64,000 nucleotides of DNA from Octopus vulgaris (lineage: Eukaryota): contig OX597824.1 in NCBI GenBank assembly GCA_951406725.2, positions 59,830,001-59,894,000 of the forward strand, in the 5' to 3' direction. The notes under the pieces were generated by a model. It did no database searches, had not been told where the DNA came from, and saw only the letters and a program-made list of their open reading frames with translations. The translations under genes and the position numbers were made by a program. Numbering within the stretch: the first letter of the stretch is position 1; the number at the start of each line of letters is the position of its first letter. Positions 36,553-50,187 of the stretch are shown here, in pieces.

Positions 36553-37559
36553 TACTTTCTCTCTTTCTCTCCCTCTCTTTCTCTGCTTCTCTCTAAAAAC
36601 AGTGGGCTAGAGAAATAGAGAAAGGTTTCAATGTGAGAGACACTCAAAGAGAGTGACATAGTGTCGGTAGAAAGTGTTATGATAATGTTTGTGTAACATC
36701 AAACTTTCTAGTTTTCTTCTTTCAGTCTCTCTTCAGTGTATCTTTTGTTTGTACTTATCTTTTTATGGAATTATGGACTAGAGACAGATAGAGGTCAATG
36801 GATAAGACCAATACATGAAGGGTGAGACCAAGAGAGAGAGGGAGAGAGAGAGTAATGATGGCGAGTATGATCACAGTTTCAACATTAAATATCATGCTTA
36901 TTATCTCAACAATTCGTTCTGAAATCCTTGAGTGAACTACTTTTTGTTTTTTTACCTCCTATCTTATTCTGTTCACTCTTTTCTTCTATATTACTCTACC
37001 AACTTCTATCTCTAGCTTTCTTCTCCCTGCTGTCATTTATCTTATTTTCATTCACCTTTCAGCTTGCAAAGGGAACATACATACCTTTCTGTTCTTTATT
37101 TGCCTAGAGACAGTGTCCGACCACTTATCGTATGCCTTGTGTTTATTGTGTTGTTTTGTGTTGTATTGTGTTCTGCTTGATCCGATATAGAAATCAGTAA
37201 ATACTTTGTTTACTGATTTCTCTACCATATTGACTCAACTCAGAACGCCCTGACTGTTTATCGTTGAGGAGACCTGACTGCTTATCAATTCAGAAAAAAA
37301 AAAAAAACATTATGCCTGGTATCCACCAACGTTCTGAATGAATGCCATTGTTTTTAACGTACAAGTCTCTTTGAGATGTTTCCCTGAGACAAAATATTAC
37401 TCTTAGCGCCCTTCCACATCTGTAAATCCATTCTGAATTCTATACACACTGGTACTTTAATCTAAGACTGACCATATTGCATATATTAGTCTTGGTCGGT
37501 AATTAGCTTAAGAAGACAACTCTGATTCTCAAACCTTAGCAGATGCAGCTCCTAAGCAT

Positions 37560-37960
37560 TGTAAGCTCATCTATCTCAGAGAGAGAACACCGACGTAACA
37601 ACTGCAATTTAGAGGTCTGCAAAAACTCATGGAACGATTGGGATGTTCCCCAACACTAATTTCTCGATATGGTCAACCGTATGCATGAGGGTCAGAGTAC
37701 TCAAGTCAAACATAAAAATAGACTCTTCAAACTCTCCTTAATGCAGAACAGTATAAATCGGGGAAGTGTCCTCACACCTTCTGCCCCTGTCTTCTGCTAC
37801 TTGTTGCTACATAAGGACCACAAAAGACCTCGTTGAGGACAGCCCCTACAGCTGATACCACACTGAATGAAACCTGTTTGATTAGAGAAAAGTACAATTC
37901 CACACAAAGACGCTGAAAGAATTCATTTGTGGGTTACTTTATCAACCATGTTGCGCTTGT
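37560..37960 (+). mobile_element. Highly degraded RTE-like RT fragment
   Basis: Partial manual translation RGLQKLMERLGCSP...MVNRMHEGQSTQVK resembles the RTE RT region. Confidence 0.4.
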
Positions 37961-37998
37961 GGCCCACACAAAGTCAGTCCTTCAGTGTTTAACATTCT

Positions 37999-38207
37999 TT
38001 TCTACTCTAAGCACAAGGCCCGAAATTTGGGGGGAGGGGGATAGTCGATTAAATACACTCCAGTACGCAACTGGTACTTAATTTATCGACCCCGAAAGGA
38101 TGAACGGCAAAGTCGACTTCGGCGGAATTTGAACTCAGAACGTAAAGACAGACGAAATACTGCTAAGCATTTCACCGGTGTGCTAACGTTTCTGCCAGCT
38201 CGCTGCT
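37999..38207 (-). mobile_element. SINE (same family as 24920-25151)
   Basis: 18-bp TSD TTCAGTGTTTAACATTCT at 37981-37998 and 38208-38225. Confidence 0.9.
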
Positions 38208-38459
38208 TTCAGTGTTTAACATTCTGATACACAGAAGGTTACCCAGCTGTTTGAACTGGAAGTGGGCTTGAAGAAATCTGAAGTTCTCCACAAGCCCACA
38301 CTTTAGAAAAGTTACCATCCTCTCTACATCACCATCAATTCTTCGACTGTTGCCGTTTTTGTACCGTAATCTTTATTTTTTAGGTATTCCCCTTTTCGGG
38401 TCTAGTGGTGTGAGGTCTGGTGAACGTGGCAGGTATTCAACCGAACCTCTTCGTCCAAT

Positions 38460-41292
38460 ATACGTGCTGAGAATACTAAAATTTTGTTCAGTGGTTTACC
38501 AAACGCTGAAACAATACTCTCGAATTCAAGAAATATCAGTTTCTGCAAGATTAATTGAGAGACGTATAAATGATATAGCTGAAAACATAACAATAAAACA
38601 AAAAGTTGGATTACATAAAGCTACTGCATTCAATGACGCTATCGATGAGAGTTCTGAAGTGAATGACATGGCGCGCCTAGCAATTGTTGCAGGGTACTGT
38701 AACAATGATCGTATTTATGAAGAATTATGTTGTTTGATTCCTCTTACCAATACAACTACAGGACAGGACATTCTGATGGCATTTGTAAATTATTTCGAAA
38801 ATCAGACTATTAATATAAATAAAATATTTTGTATTACTACCGATGGTGCACGTGCAATGGTTTGAAAGTAAACGGGATTTGTTAAGCTTCTTGAAAATCA
38901 TATTGGATGCAATGTAATCAATTGCTTTATATTGGGTTGGCAACTAAGGTCCCGCCCTTTTTTTATAATTTAAATTTTTTTAAAGGTTTAATAAGAAATA
39001 ACAACTAATTAATCAATAATGTATTCACCCTTGTTGTTAACAACTTCTTCCCAACATTGAACAAGATTTTCAATACCTCGTTGGTAGAAATCACCCGATT
39101 TCGACTCGAAAAATTGATCCAACCAAGCTCTCAATTCTGCATCAGTATTGAACGAAACTCCACGCATAGCATTTGAAAGAGATCGAAAGAGGTGGAAATC
39201 CGTTGGTGCCATATCAGGAGAGTACGGTGGGTGTGGCAACACTTCCCAGCCATGCGTTTGAATGGCTTCCTTGATCATATGGACGATATGAGGGCGGGCG
39301 TTTTCGTGCAGTAGAAGAACTCCATGCTGCCGATTAGGTCTTTTCTCTTGAATGACCGCGTTGAGTCGTTCCATCTCTTGAACATAGAGTTCCGCGTTGA
39401 CCGTTTGGTTCCGTTCAAGCAATTCGTAATGGATAATCCCTTCCCTGCCCCACCATACGCACAACATCGTTTTATGCGGATGAAGATCTTGTTTCACGTG
39501 CGGTGTCGCTTGTTTACCGGAGCTAAGCCATTCTTTACACTGCTTCATATTGATGTACAGGTACCATTTTTCGTCGCCAGTAACGATTCGGTAAAGAAAT
39601 CGTTGCTTGTATCCATGAGTTGAGCGGTGACGAGCAAGCAAACCAGGGGAAAGTGTGGCTCGTTGATTTTTGTTGTTGTCACTTAAAGCATGCGGAACAC
39701 ATGCTCCATACTTCTGAACCTTTCCCATTCAGTGAAGATGCTTCTTTATAGCAGTGTGGGAGCATTCCATTTTCTCTACCAGTTCCCTTGTTGTTTGACG
39801 AGAATTTTCGTACAAAAGTTGGTTTAATCGCTCTTCATCGAACTCAACTGGATGGCCAGAACGAAGTGCGTCTTTGAAGTCAAAATTTCCATTTTTGAAC
39901 TTGGCATACCAATTACGAGCGGTTCTTTCAGCTATGACACCCTCTCCATACACATCAAAAATGTCGCGAGTAGCTATTGTGTCCTTAGAACCTTGATTAA
40001 AAGCAAAAAGAAGGTGTGGAAAATGCTCGTTTTTCTTGACTTTCCATTTTAATGATCTGAAAATAAACAAAAATTAACTTGAAAACAAACAAAATAGATT
40101 CCAAAATCATTCAAAAATAGAATTCCCGAAAAAAAAATAGATTCCAAAATTTAAAAACGCAATAAATTCCAAAATTTGAAAAAACGGCGGAATCTTAGTT
40201 GCCAACTCTATACATGAGGAAAATTTAGTTGCAAAAATTTCGTCAAAAAGCTTGAATTCTGTCATGGAGACTGTTGTTAAAATAGTTAATTTCATAGTTT
40301 CTCACTCTTCGCTGACTCACAGACAATTCAAGTCCCTTCTGCAAGAATAGGACAAAGAATATGCAGACCTCCTACTACACTATAGTGTCCGTTGGCTTAG
40401 TTGGGGTAATGTTTTGAATAGATTTGTATCATGCTTTGTAAAAATTAGATACTTTTTGGTGTGATATACTTAGCAACACTTACAAATACTTTCCAAATGT
40501 AAAAGCTTATTCAAGTCGATTTAATGTTAATAAAAATGAACTTCAAAAATATACTGCAACGTTGAAAGAAGAATTTTCCAAGCTAGGTAAAGATTTCGAA
40601 ACGTATGCTCCTATATTTTCTTTTCTCTTCAAACCCGACTTGATTGATTTCAAAACGAACTCATCTGATCTATCACTTTTTGAGTGAATGAACGTCGATA
40701 GTTTTGAAACAACTTCAGGATTGTGGAAAATAAAATTTGTGGAATTACGAATAACTCTTGGAAGAAGTTGCTTGGAGAAGTCTGTTGCCATCTTCAATTG
40801 CTGGATGTCGTTGCCTGAAAGATTTAATTCTTTGAAGAAAATTTCATATGCTCAACATATATATGCGAACAAATTTTTTCACAAATGAAATCTGTTTTGA
40901 GTCCACAAAGTTGTCTGACAATTCAACATTCAGAAGCTTATGTGAAGCTAAAAATCACAAATTATGCACCTGATACTGAGAAATTAAGCAAAAATGTACA
41001 GGGACAAGGTTCTCATTAATTTATAGAAAATTGACGTAACTGTTGTTTATAACTTGTTTATAAATTTGTTCTATTGTTTATAATTTGAAAAAAAAATTAA
41101 TTACTTTTTAAATAAAATTATATTTGTTTCCATGCAATTTGAATTATTAAGGGATTGATAAAATAGATTTCCGTTATATAGAGCTTCCGAAGCATAAACT
41201 CTACTAATAAAAGTAATAGTATGAGGTTGGCATGCGCAATGCTTTTGGAAGCTAAGTTTGGCACTCCGTTATCAAAAGGTTGCCGACACCTG
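38460..41292 (+). mobile_element. hAT-Charlie/Buster (GTF2IRD2-like) transposon remnant, split by a mariner
   Basis: Motifs AIDESS, ITTDGA, C.IH (joined across the mariner) and VRWLS.G; right TIR AAAAGGTTGCCGACACCTG followed by GTCTAAAT. Left end not found. Confidence 0.85.
38932..40210 (-). mobile_element. Full-length mariner (DD34D) element, transposase frameshifted
   Basis: TIRs TTGGGTTGGCAACTAAG / CTTAGTTGCCAACTCT; TA TSD; motifs CVPHAL, TGDEKW, HENARPH, YSPDMAPTDFHLF; about 1.28 kb. Confidence 0.95.
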
Positions 41293-41299
41293 GTCTAAA

Positions 41300-41935
41300 T
41301 AATGCTTTTGATAAGAAAACGCAATATACTGTCATTCCTGGTAAGTTACCATGACGTTCTTCTGTATTATGCGGATTCTCAGATCCCCGTAGGTGCAATT
41401 GTGGCGGTTAACTGAGCCATTTAATTTAAATGGAGCCTCATCGCTCCGAACAATTATTGTTGGAAATCGGGTGTCTTGTACACATCTCACCAAGTACCAC
41501 TCACAATATTCTATTCATCGGTTTGAATTATCTTCATTAAGTGCAAGGACTATTCTTGGAATGTAGTTTTTCCAATGACAGCGCTTGAAAATACGCTGAA
41601 CACTTCGTTTTGAAATTCCTGTCTCATGACTAGCTTTATGGAGTTCGTTGATGTCCACGGTCATCTGGAACGTGTCTTGTAGACATTCTGATCAGTACCC
41701 TCTGTTTCAAACTAATTTGAGTGATGGAAAGTTACGCAAGTAGATTTGTTTGAAACTCTTTCCGAAACTGTCTTTGCACTCCGTCTGCGTTTCCAAACTT
41801 CCAGCAACAATTTAAAATGAACTTCCTTTGTTCCAATCTTAGCCTGGATCTTTTCATTATTACTAATAGGTTAAATCTAAAAAGAAATGAACCTCGAGTT
41901 ATCAGTTGTTAAAGTGTGTGCACAAATTGTGGGAA
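41300..41935 (-). mobile_element. Tc1/mariner-type transposase fragment (DUF4817-like N-terminus)
   Basis: Manual translation RLRLEQRKFILNCCWKFGNADGVQRQFRKEF ... [17 protein letters not shown] ... NPH; many frameshifts. Confidence 0.7.
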
Positions 41936-42379
41936 GGACAAACTTTGTGTGTGTGTGTGTGTGTGCTTACTTGTGCGCGTACATACATACAAATTTAGAT
42001 ATATTTATGTGTATATTCAGCGAATACTAGCTATTGAGTTATATTTTTTTGACCCAAGTAAATAAATATTCCAGATCATTGCTCTAAATACCTTCAGCAA
42101 CTGGCATGATTTAGATATAGATAAGCTAGAGATATTTCATACATGCACATGTAACTTCATACTGCACACACGCTCACACACGTAAAAACGCGCGCGCGCG
42201 CATGATTGTGCGTATGTATGTATAAACGAACAAAAGGCATTACGGTCATGTTTCTTAATATTGTGACGAGAGACTTGTTTTTTGACCTTCACAATTCATG
42301 TCCTCTGTATTTATGTCAATGCGAGGCTTGAACAAAAATGTATAAAACATACATGCATGCCTGCCTGCCTGCCTGCATG

Positions 42380-42433
42380 CATACATACATACATACATAC
42401 ATACATACATACATACATACATACATACATACA

Positions 42434-42462
<29 letters not shown>
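42380..42462. repeat. (CATA)n tetranucleotide repeat
   Basis: Visible directly. Confidence 0.95.
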
Positions 42463-42464
<2 letters not shown>

Positions 42465-43236
42465 CCATGGGGGTATATGTACATGCAGTTGCATTACTTG
42501 AATATAAAGACAAAATGTATACTTCAGATTTAACTTTATTTCTGGTTATTTACGATTCAGATTATAAGTAAACGAACCTTTTACAATTATCAACTTAACT
42601 AGAAAAACAACGTGACAAGTAAAAGCATTTTAAAAATATTATTAGCTGATGTCTGTTATAATAAATGGTTTGTACATATTTTCACATGAGCTTTATTTAC
42701 TTTTCCACCTCAGTATTGGATTTTAGACGTTTTTATAAATCTTCATGCTTTTAAATATATTCTCTGAGATCGACGTAAGTCGGATAAATCGATAAATCGA
42801 GCGAAGTTGAGGTTTATTCTTTCTATTAATTACTTTTAGAAAAAGACGAACTCGAAGCGACGTAAGCTGAGGTATGTCTGTACAAATAACGAAACAAAAA
42901 TATTTAGAACACGTAAGGCATATATTATTTTTCAGCAAAATTGTAAATTTGAACTTAAGAACGATTAAAATAAAATCATAGGACACTAAAGCATTATTCT
43001 TTTATTCTTTTACTTGTTTCAGTCATTTGACTGCGGCTATGCTGCAGCACCATCGCCTTGAAGGGTTTTAGTAGAACAAATTGACCCAAGGACTTATCTT
43101 TTTAAGCCTAGTACTTATTCTATCGGTCTCTTTTGCTGAACCATTAAGTTACGGGGACATAAACACACCAAGACCAGTTGTCAAGTGGTGTGGCGGGAAC
43201 AAACGCAGACACAACCACACACTCATAGATATATAC

Positions 43237-43303
<67 letters not shown>

Positions 43304-43332
43304 TATATACATATATATATACATATATGTAC

Positions 43333-43380
<48 letters not shown>

Positions 43381-43423
43381 CGAGGTAATAAATCTCTGAA
43401 CGAGTATACAGTAACTGCACGAC

Positions 43424-43698
43424 AATGTGAGGTATACTTACCACCTCAATATGGCTAACCACTAAGGGTGGGTGTTACTGTAGTTTGTAGCCCCAGGAGA
43501 ACATCGTCTCCAGCTGGCTTTAGGCACCGTGCGTATCACTTAGGTTGACGAGGGAGGGATGACCTCCCTTTGCAAATACCATAAGGGCACAGAACGTGTG
43601 CATAAAGCTAGCTGGAGACGATGTTTTCCTGGGGCTACAAGCTACAGTAACACCCACCTTTAGTGGTTAGCCATATTGAGATGGCAAGTATACCTCAC

Positions 43699-43701
<3 letters not shown>
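43424..43701. mobile_element. Foldback/MITE-like element with ~100-bp inverted arms
   Basis: AATGTGAGGTATACTT... / ...AAGTATACCTCACATT; homologous to 22563-23001. Confidence 0.8.
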
Positions 43702-43740
<39 letters not shown>

Positions 43741-43746
<6 letters not shown>

Positions 43747-44804
43747 TGAAGGTCAAAATGGAAAAGTGCTATGACCCAGTTTCGTTGGTTTGGTGCCGGA
43801 CAGACTGGAGGGCCTTTTGTCTTGTCACCGGTAAGGGAAATTAATGAGGTTGGAAGATACCTCTGACCCTTATCCGATCAAGCAAAGTTTAAGAAAAAAA
43901 TAAATCTACCACCCTTTAAAATGCGGCGAGCTGGGGTTTGTTGGTCAGTTTTGCCTGAGACAGTCAGTTGGCAACAGGTCAGTTTGGCGTGAGAGTTGGC
44001 CTGGGACAGTTCAGTTGGCTAGAGGTGCAGTCGGGAGAGGCAACGACAACGATGACAAGCGTGGCGAGAAAGACAGACACAGAGGATTGAGGACTTGTCA
44101 ATAGAGAGGAAGTGAGGGAGATTACGGCGAGAAGGCATGGCTATTTGTAGTGGGAGGTTTTGTGATGATTCAGGGAGTGTTGTAAACTAGAAAACGTACG
44201 GTAATGTTTTGTTATGTTTCCGTTGTTGAATTTTGGGTGGTGATGTGCGTTAAAACAAAAGAGAAAAGAACTTGTGAACTGTGTTTAAAAAAAGGGGGAA
44301 AGGACATTGTGTCAAAAGAACTGTAAAAAAAGAGAATAAAAAGAAGGGAAAAGAACATTGTGACGTAAACTGTAATCTGTTGAAAAAAAAGAATTGTTGA
44401 AGAGAAAAAGGAAAGACTTTAATGTGGACTGGTTTCGAACTCTATATTGTGTTGAACATTAATGTGGATTGTTTTCGGACGTTCTGTATTGTGCATGCAT
44501 TGACTGTTGTTTTTCTTTTAACCCTGTACGATTTGTTGACTGTTTTTCTTTGAATGTATCTGATATGTATTACGTTTTGATTGATGTTGTAACAATTGTA
44601 TAAACTGTTGTTAAATGTAAGCAACTGCCTTCCGCCGTGTCTCTCTCTTCCTGTTGTTGTTGTTGTTATATCCGGTCACCGGTCTGTGTTCGCTGCCACT
44701 CCACCACCGTCTTCTGTGGCGGATTCCGTTTGACTGAGCGTGGTAGTCGTCGTTGCTCGACTTAGGGTCCCGAGTTCGAGTTGAGCGACGGCAGGTTCGT
44801 AACA
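43741..44804. mobile_element. Probable solo LTR inserted in (TA)n
   Basis: Non-coding ~1.06 kb block with sharp (TA)n borders. One end reads TGTTACG on minus (CGTAACA on plus); the other reads (.)GTGATATG. Confidence 0.5.
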
Positions 44805-44825
44805 ATATATATATATATATATATA

Positions 44826-45080
44826 TAGTGTTCTGTCTCTGCCTTCGAAACATGCTTGACTCTACTAGCGACAGCTGATGACGGGGTTTTTTTCCTTGTG
44901 TAGCACGTCCTGTAACTGTTTTTTTCGTTTTCTTGTTTTTTGTTTTTTTGATTTTCCCGTTTCTACGTCTTATTGTGGTGTCCTGTACTCACGTATAATT
45001 ATTTATATATGCATGTATATATACATGTAGATGTAGGTACGTACATATATGTTTGTATGTATGCATATATTTTTATTTAT

Positions 45081-45085
<5 letters not shown>
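44826..45085 (+). mobile_element. Diverged copy of the 11037-12075 PLE-type family
   Basis: Shares GTGTTCTG..TTCGAAAC..CAGCTGATGA..GTC(C/T)TGT..TGTGGTGTCCTGTACTCA and the GCATGTATATATACAT.TAGATGTAGGTA segment. Confidence 0.7.
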
Positions 45086-45119
<34 letters not shown>

Positions 45120-46189
45120 GACGGGATTCTTTCGGTTTCCATCTACTAAATCCACTCACAAGGCTTTGGTCGGGCTGGGGCTATAGTAAAAGATATTTGC
45201 CCAAGGTACCACGTGGTGGAACTGAACCTGGGTCCATGTGGATGGGAAGCAAACTTCTTACCACACAGCTGCGCCTGCTAAATTTCTCAAAATGTAATTA
45301 CATTTACACTACATTGAATGCATACATTTGATTATCTAAGCATTTCTTCACGTCTCGTGACCATCAAATTCTAAAGTTAATTTAATGTCACCAATTTCCT
45401 TTACTGAATACTCATATCGACCTGTTTCTATTAGTTTTCTTTGATTTAAATCTGGAAACTGCGCTGGCCAGTACAGTACTCGGTTTTTCTTTATTCGGGT
45501 GAATTATTAGATAATCAAACTGTATCGTTCGGATCATTGGCATGTTGAAAACAGTCAAGACTGACACACATGACTATTGGCATACAGAAGCGTATTAGAC
45601 CATATAAGACTAACCTTTATCCACCATATTCTGCTGAAAATCGTTCAAAATATCAACGGTGGTCAAATTTTCGTTCTTTATCGATGAACGGTGAATAAAT
45701 GTATCATTTCATTTCTTTAGTAATATGTCGCAGCTGTCCCGACCAAGAGCCACTAGATGCAATCAACCCTTTTCGAAACATGTAATTTCAAAACTCTGCT
45801 CAAAAAGAGTGCTCGAAGGACAAGGGAGTGATCCTCCCTGGGTGACATTTCAGTGGGACGTCCCTTTTGAGTCTACTGTTTTAGAGGACCGGTGTGCAGA
45901 AAACCCAAGGGCCACCCAGGGCGGCACGTGTTCTGGCTATGCTACTGTGCTCAAGTGTTTGATTCATGCATTCTGTAAAACGTTCTTCTTCTTAACGAAT
46001 ATTAGCCATAATATCGGACAGGAGAGCTGAACATATTAAATTTCAACTCATTCTATCATAAGATTCTTTACCAGCTTGGTAATGTCCAATCCTTATTTTC
46101 TTGGTCAAAGTGAATGCGAGTATGATTTTTTTGAGCGAAATCTATTTTTGTGTACAACACGTCCCAAAATCTTAAAATTGATTTTTGAT

Positions 46190-47042
46190 TATAATAAAGG
46201 TTTCAAATTTTGAGACAATGTCAGCAGTTTTAGTGGGGATGTGTTCTTTGATTGCATCGATTCCAGCGCACAACTGGTACTTGTTTTATTAATTCCGAAA
46301 GTATGAAAGGTAAAGTGTACCGCGATGAAATTTGAACCCAGAGCGCAAAGGACCAAAAGAAATCCCGCTGAGCATTTTGCTTGGCGCGCCAATGATCCTC
46401 CCAGCTTGCTACTTAATATTATAGTATTGAGCTGGCAGAATCGTTTGCGCGCCGAGATAAATGCTTAGCGGCATTTCGTCTGAGTTCTGAGTTCAAATTC
46501 TGAGTTCTGAGTTCAAGTTCCGCCGAGGTCGACTTTGCCTTTCATTCTTTTGGGGTCGATAAAATAAGTACCAGTTGAGTACTATCCTCCTCCCGCAAAT
46601 TTCAGGCTTTGTACCTATTGTAGAAAGGATAATTATTCTCCTTACTAAGGCGGCGAGCTGGCAGAAACGTTAGCGTGCTGGGCGAAATGCTTAGCGGTAT
46701 TTGGTCTGCCGCTACGTTCTGATTTCAAATTCCACCGAGGTCGACTTTGCCTTTCATCCTTTCGGGGTCGATTAAATAAGTACCAGTTACGCACTGGGGT
46801 CGATATAATCGACTTAATCCGTTTGTCTGTCCTTGTTTGTCCACTCTATGTTTAGCCCCTTGTGGGTAGTAAAGAAATAGGTGTTTCGCCCGTCGCTATG
46901 TTTTGAGTTTAAATTCCGCCGAGGTCGATTTTGCCCTTCATCTTTTCGGGGTCGATAAAATAAGTACTAGTTGAACACTGGGTCGATATAATCGACTCAT
47001 CCCCTCCGCCAAAATTGCTGCCCTTATGGCAAAATTTGAAAC

Positions 47043-47090
<48 letters not shown>
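46190..47090. mobile_element. Cluster of four SINE copies (one minus, three plus) ending in (TTA)n
   Basis: Repeated GAGGTCGA.TTTGCC.TTCAT core near 46525, 46738 and 46921; inverted copy at 46190-46410. Confidence 0.85.
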
Positions 47091-47093
<3 letters not shown>

Positions 47094-47509
47094 ACCAATT
47101 TACATGTGATAATTCTGTAGAACACCAACGGTGATCAAGTTCATGTTCTTCGTCGTGAAAGGTGAATGTTCGTATCATTTCGTTCCTTTTGCAGCTATCC
47201 TGGCCGAATAAGGGCAGAATAACCACTAGATTCATTAAAGATACCAACAGCGCTGTGTGCAGCATTACTAGGCATCAAACTCTAAGATATGTTAATTGAA
47301 AATTCCATTTCAGATAACGTAAATGGATCGCTTCTTGAATGTTAAGCTTTTTCATTGACCCTTCACACCAAGCCTTAACATATAATCAAATAAGTATAAA
47401 TAAACTGCCTTAATTAAAGTATAATATGTAATACCATCGGACCAATAATCCGGCAAGCTTGGGACAGGAAATGCTCTGGATTTTTTGATTTTCCAGTTTT
47501 CAGGAGACA

Positions 47510-47543
<34 letters not shown>

Positions 47544-48672
47544 TTAAAATATGAAATAAACAATGAAAAGTATAGAGCGAAATTTATTTAACAGAGTCAA
47601 ATTAATAAGCTTTTAAAGCAGAGACTGCTTGACATGTTAATTCCTTTAAAATTCTTAAATATCTTAACATATATACAACATAATGTTTAAAGGATGAAAA
47701 TTAAATGAAGAAAAATAAAGAACATGATTTTATTTAACACATACAGGTAGAAATTGATGCAATTCCAAAGCAGAGTATGCTTAATCTTTATTAATCCACT
47801 TAAACGAAATAATGTGTAAAAAAAACTATTTTTAACACATCATATACAAATTAATCATCTTCAAATACGTTCTGTTTGCTCAATACATGGTACAGTATTT
47901 TTCGTGATAGTGCATTTCTGGAAGCCGTATAAGAGATCTGGTACTACATTAATATTACAACACTTCTTTCTAGAATATTCTTACATAAAGAAAGGTTCGT
48001 GTTTGTGCATTTATTAAATTTTATCAATAACTAATTTCATAATACTAATTAAAATTTTCACGTTTGAACTTATATCACTGAAATGAGCAGAGTTTACATT
48101 TTGTTTTTATTCATATACAGAATGAATCATATTCAAATAAAGTAGGCGCAAGCGTGACTGTGATAAGAAGCTTGGTTCCGGGTTCAGTCCCACTGCGTGG
48201 CACCTCGGGCAAGTGTCTTTTACTATAGCCTTGGCTGATCAAAGCCTTGTGAGTGGATTTGGTAGACGAAAACTCAAAGAAGCTGTGTATGATAAAATGA
48301 AAGTAAACATAAGAAAGAATTTGAACAAAATGAAAGATATGCGTGAGAATTAATACATATACAAAGGGAGTGAATGTTAAAGAGTATGGTAAATATATAT
48401 ATAGAAAGATAGATTGATGGTGTTAGATAGAAAGTGGGGAGTTGCCAGTCTAAAAGTTAAGTTATTTCTAGTAGCAAATTATTTTTTTTATCATTATTTA
48501 CGAACGACATTGTTTGTGGGATGCATATTTCGAAAACCAGATTCGTTTTCCAAGCCTTTTTGGGCTAAACACACATACATAACCCCATACACTTGCGACT
48601 TCATTACTTTTTCAAGGCGGTGCTCCAGTATGACCGCAGTCAAAGGATTGAAACAAGTGAAAGGTAAAAGAC

Positions 48673-48853
48673 GTATGTATGTATGTATGTATGTATGTAT
48701 GTATGTATGTATGTATGTATGTATGTATGTATGTATGTATGTTTGTATGTATGTATGTTTGTATGTATGTATGTATGTATGTATGCATGTATGTATCTTT
48801 GTTTGTATGTATCTTTGTTTGTATGTATGTATGTATGTATGTATGTATGTATG
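48673..48853. repeat. (TATG)n repeat
   Basis: Visible directly. Confidence 0.95.
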
Positions 48854-49115
48854 AACAACATCCACTAAAATATTTTGACCTTCCCGCTACTTTTTATAAT
48901 CACATTGTGAAACACTTGTAATTTGCCTTTAAAAACAAAATCCTACCTTTCATGATTAAAAAAGTGGAACACCACAAGCTTATATGTGAATAACAAAACT
49001 GAAATTTTGAAAGAAGTATCTATAAAACGATAATTTCAGTCGTTTAGAATGAAGAATAGAATATTTTCCAGCCAAGGAAAAAAGTATAATGGAACCCCAA
49101 ATATCTCTCGTTTCC

Positions 49116-49118
<3 letters not shown>

Positions 49119-49205
<87 letters not shown>

Positions 49206-49240
49206 ATCTATCTATATATCTATCTATCTCTATCTCTCTT

Positions 49241-49291
<51 letters not shown>

Positions 49292-49295
49292 CTAT
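49119..49295. repeat. (TC)n/(TATC)n repeat
   Basis: Visible directly. Confidence 0.95.
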
Positions 49296-49989
49296 CTCAA
49301 AGTACGTTTGTGTCTAGACCTTGTCCTAAATAAACGGTATGTTTCTAGTCGTTTTTGTCTTGTGTAAGGGAAATTGCAATACATAAAATTAAATTTGATG
49401 GGAATTATATCAATGTAAATCAGATAAGTAATAATTTATTCTTGTTTTTCTCTTAATGTTTATATATTGTATAGAAAAATGTCTTTTATAGTATGGCAAA
49501 GTTATGAAAAGAAAAATACAGACGAAAACAAGGAATAGAAAGCAAAACGTAAAAGTCATTTTAATCGTGACTGGAGGAAAAGGGAGAAGTAACAGTTTCT
49601 TTTTTTTTTTTTTTTTTTAGGTCACTTACAAGTTTTTCAGAATATTGATTATATTAAAATGACTAAGACTAATGAAAAGGAAAAGAAAGTTTTAGAGGTT
49701 AGGCACGATGAGATAAGAAAACATTGTGTTTCAGAATTTGGGGTACTGTGAGATGAGGGGAAAACAACTTTTAGTGGTGATAGCTGAAGTGAAGGCTTGA
49801 AGTGGATGGAGGGGGAACAGACGTTTAAAAATTATTGATTTAAAAATTTTTTGGTTCAGAAAAGGATTTCCTCCAATATATAGAAATGCATGATGCTAAA
49901 CAAAAATTGAAAAATCTCAGCTAAAACAGAGAAATTCCAACTTAAGTGGGATAAGTATTCTGAAAGTCCATCGATGATAATGATAATTC

Positions 49990-50187
49990 ATATTTTGGCA
50001 CAAGGCAACATTTTCGGGGGAGGGGGTAATATCGATCCCAGTGCTTAACTGGTACTTATTTTATTGAGCCTGTAAGGACGAAAGGCAAAGTCGACCACAA
50101 CAGAATTTGAACTCAGAACATAAAGACGAGTGAAATGCCCCTAACAATTTTTTCCCAGTGCACCAACGATTCTGCCAGCTCGCCACC
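49990..50187 (-). mobile_element. SINE (family of 24920-25151)
   Basis: GGTGGCGAGCTGGCAGAATCGTT head and the shared core. Confidence 0.8.

Noticed and set aside
37111-37127. Left TIR of the 38460-41292 hAT (CAGTGTCCGACCACTT)
   Set aside because: Only weak similarity to the right TIR, and the flanking 8-mers do not match.
38350-38865. Domesticated GTF2IRD2/ZBED-type host genes (also 14491-14769)
   Set aside because: Multiple stops and frameshifts, retained TIRs and nested insertions indicate dead transposons.
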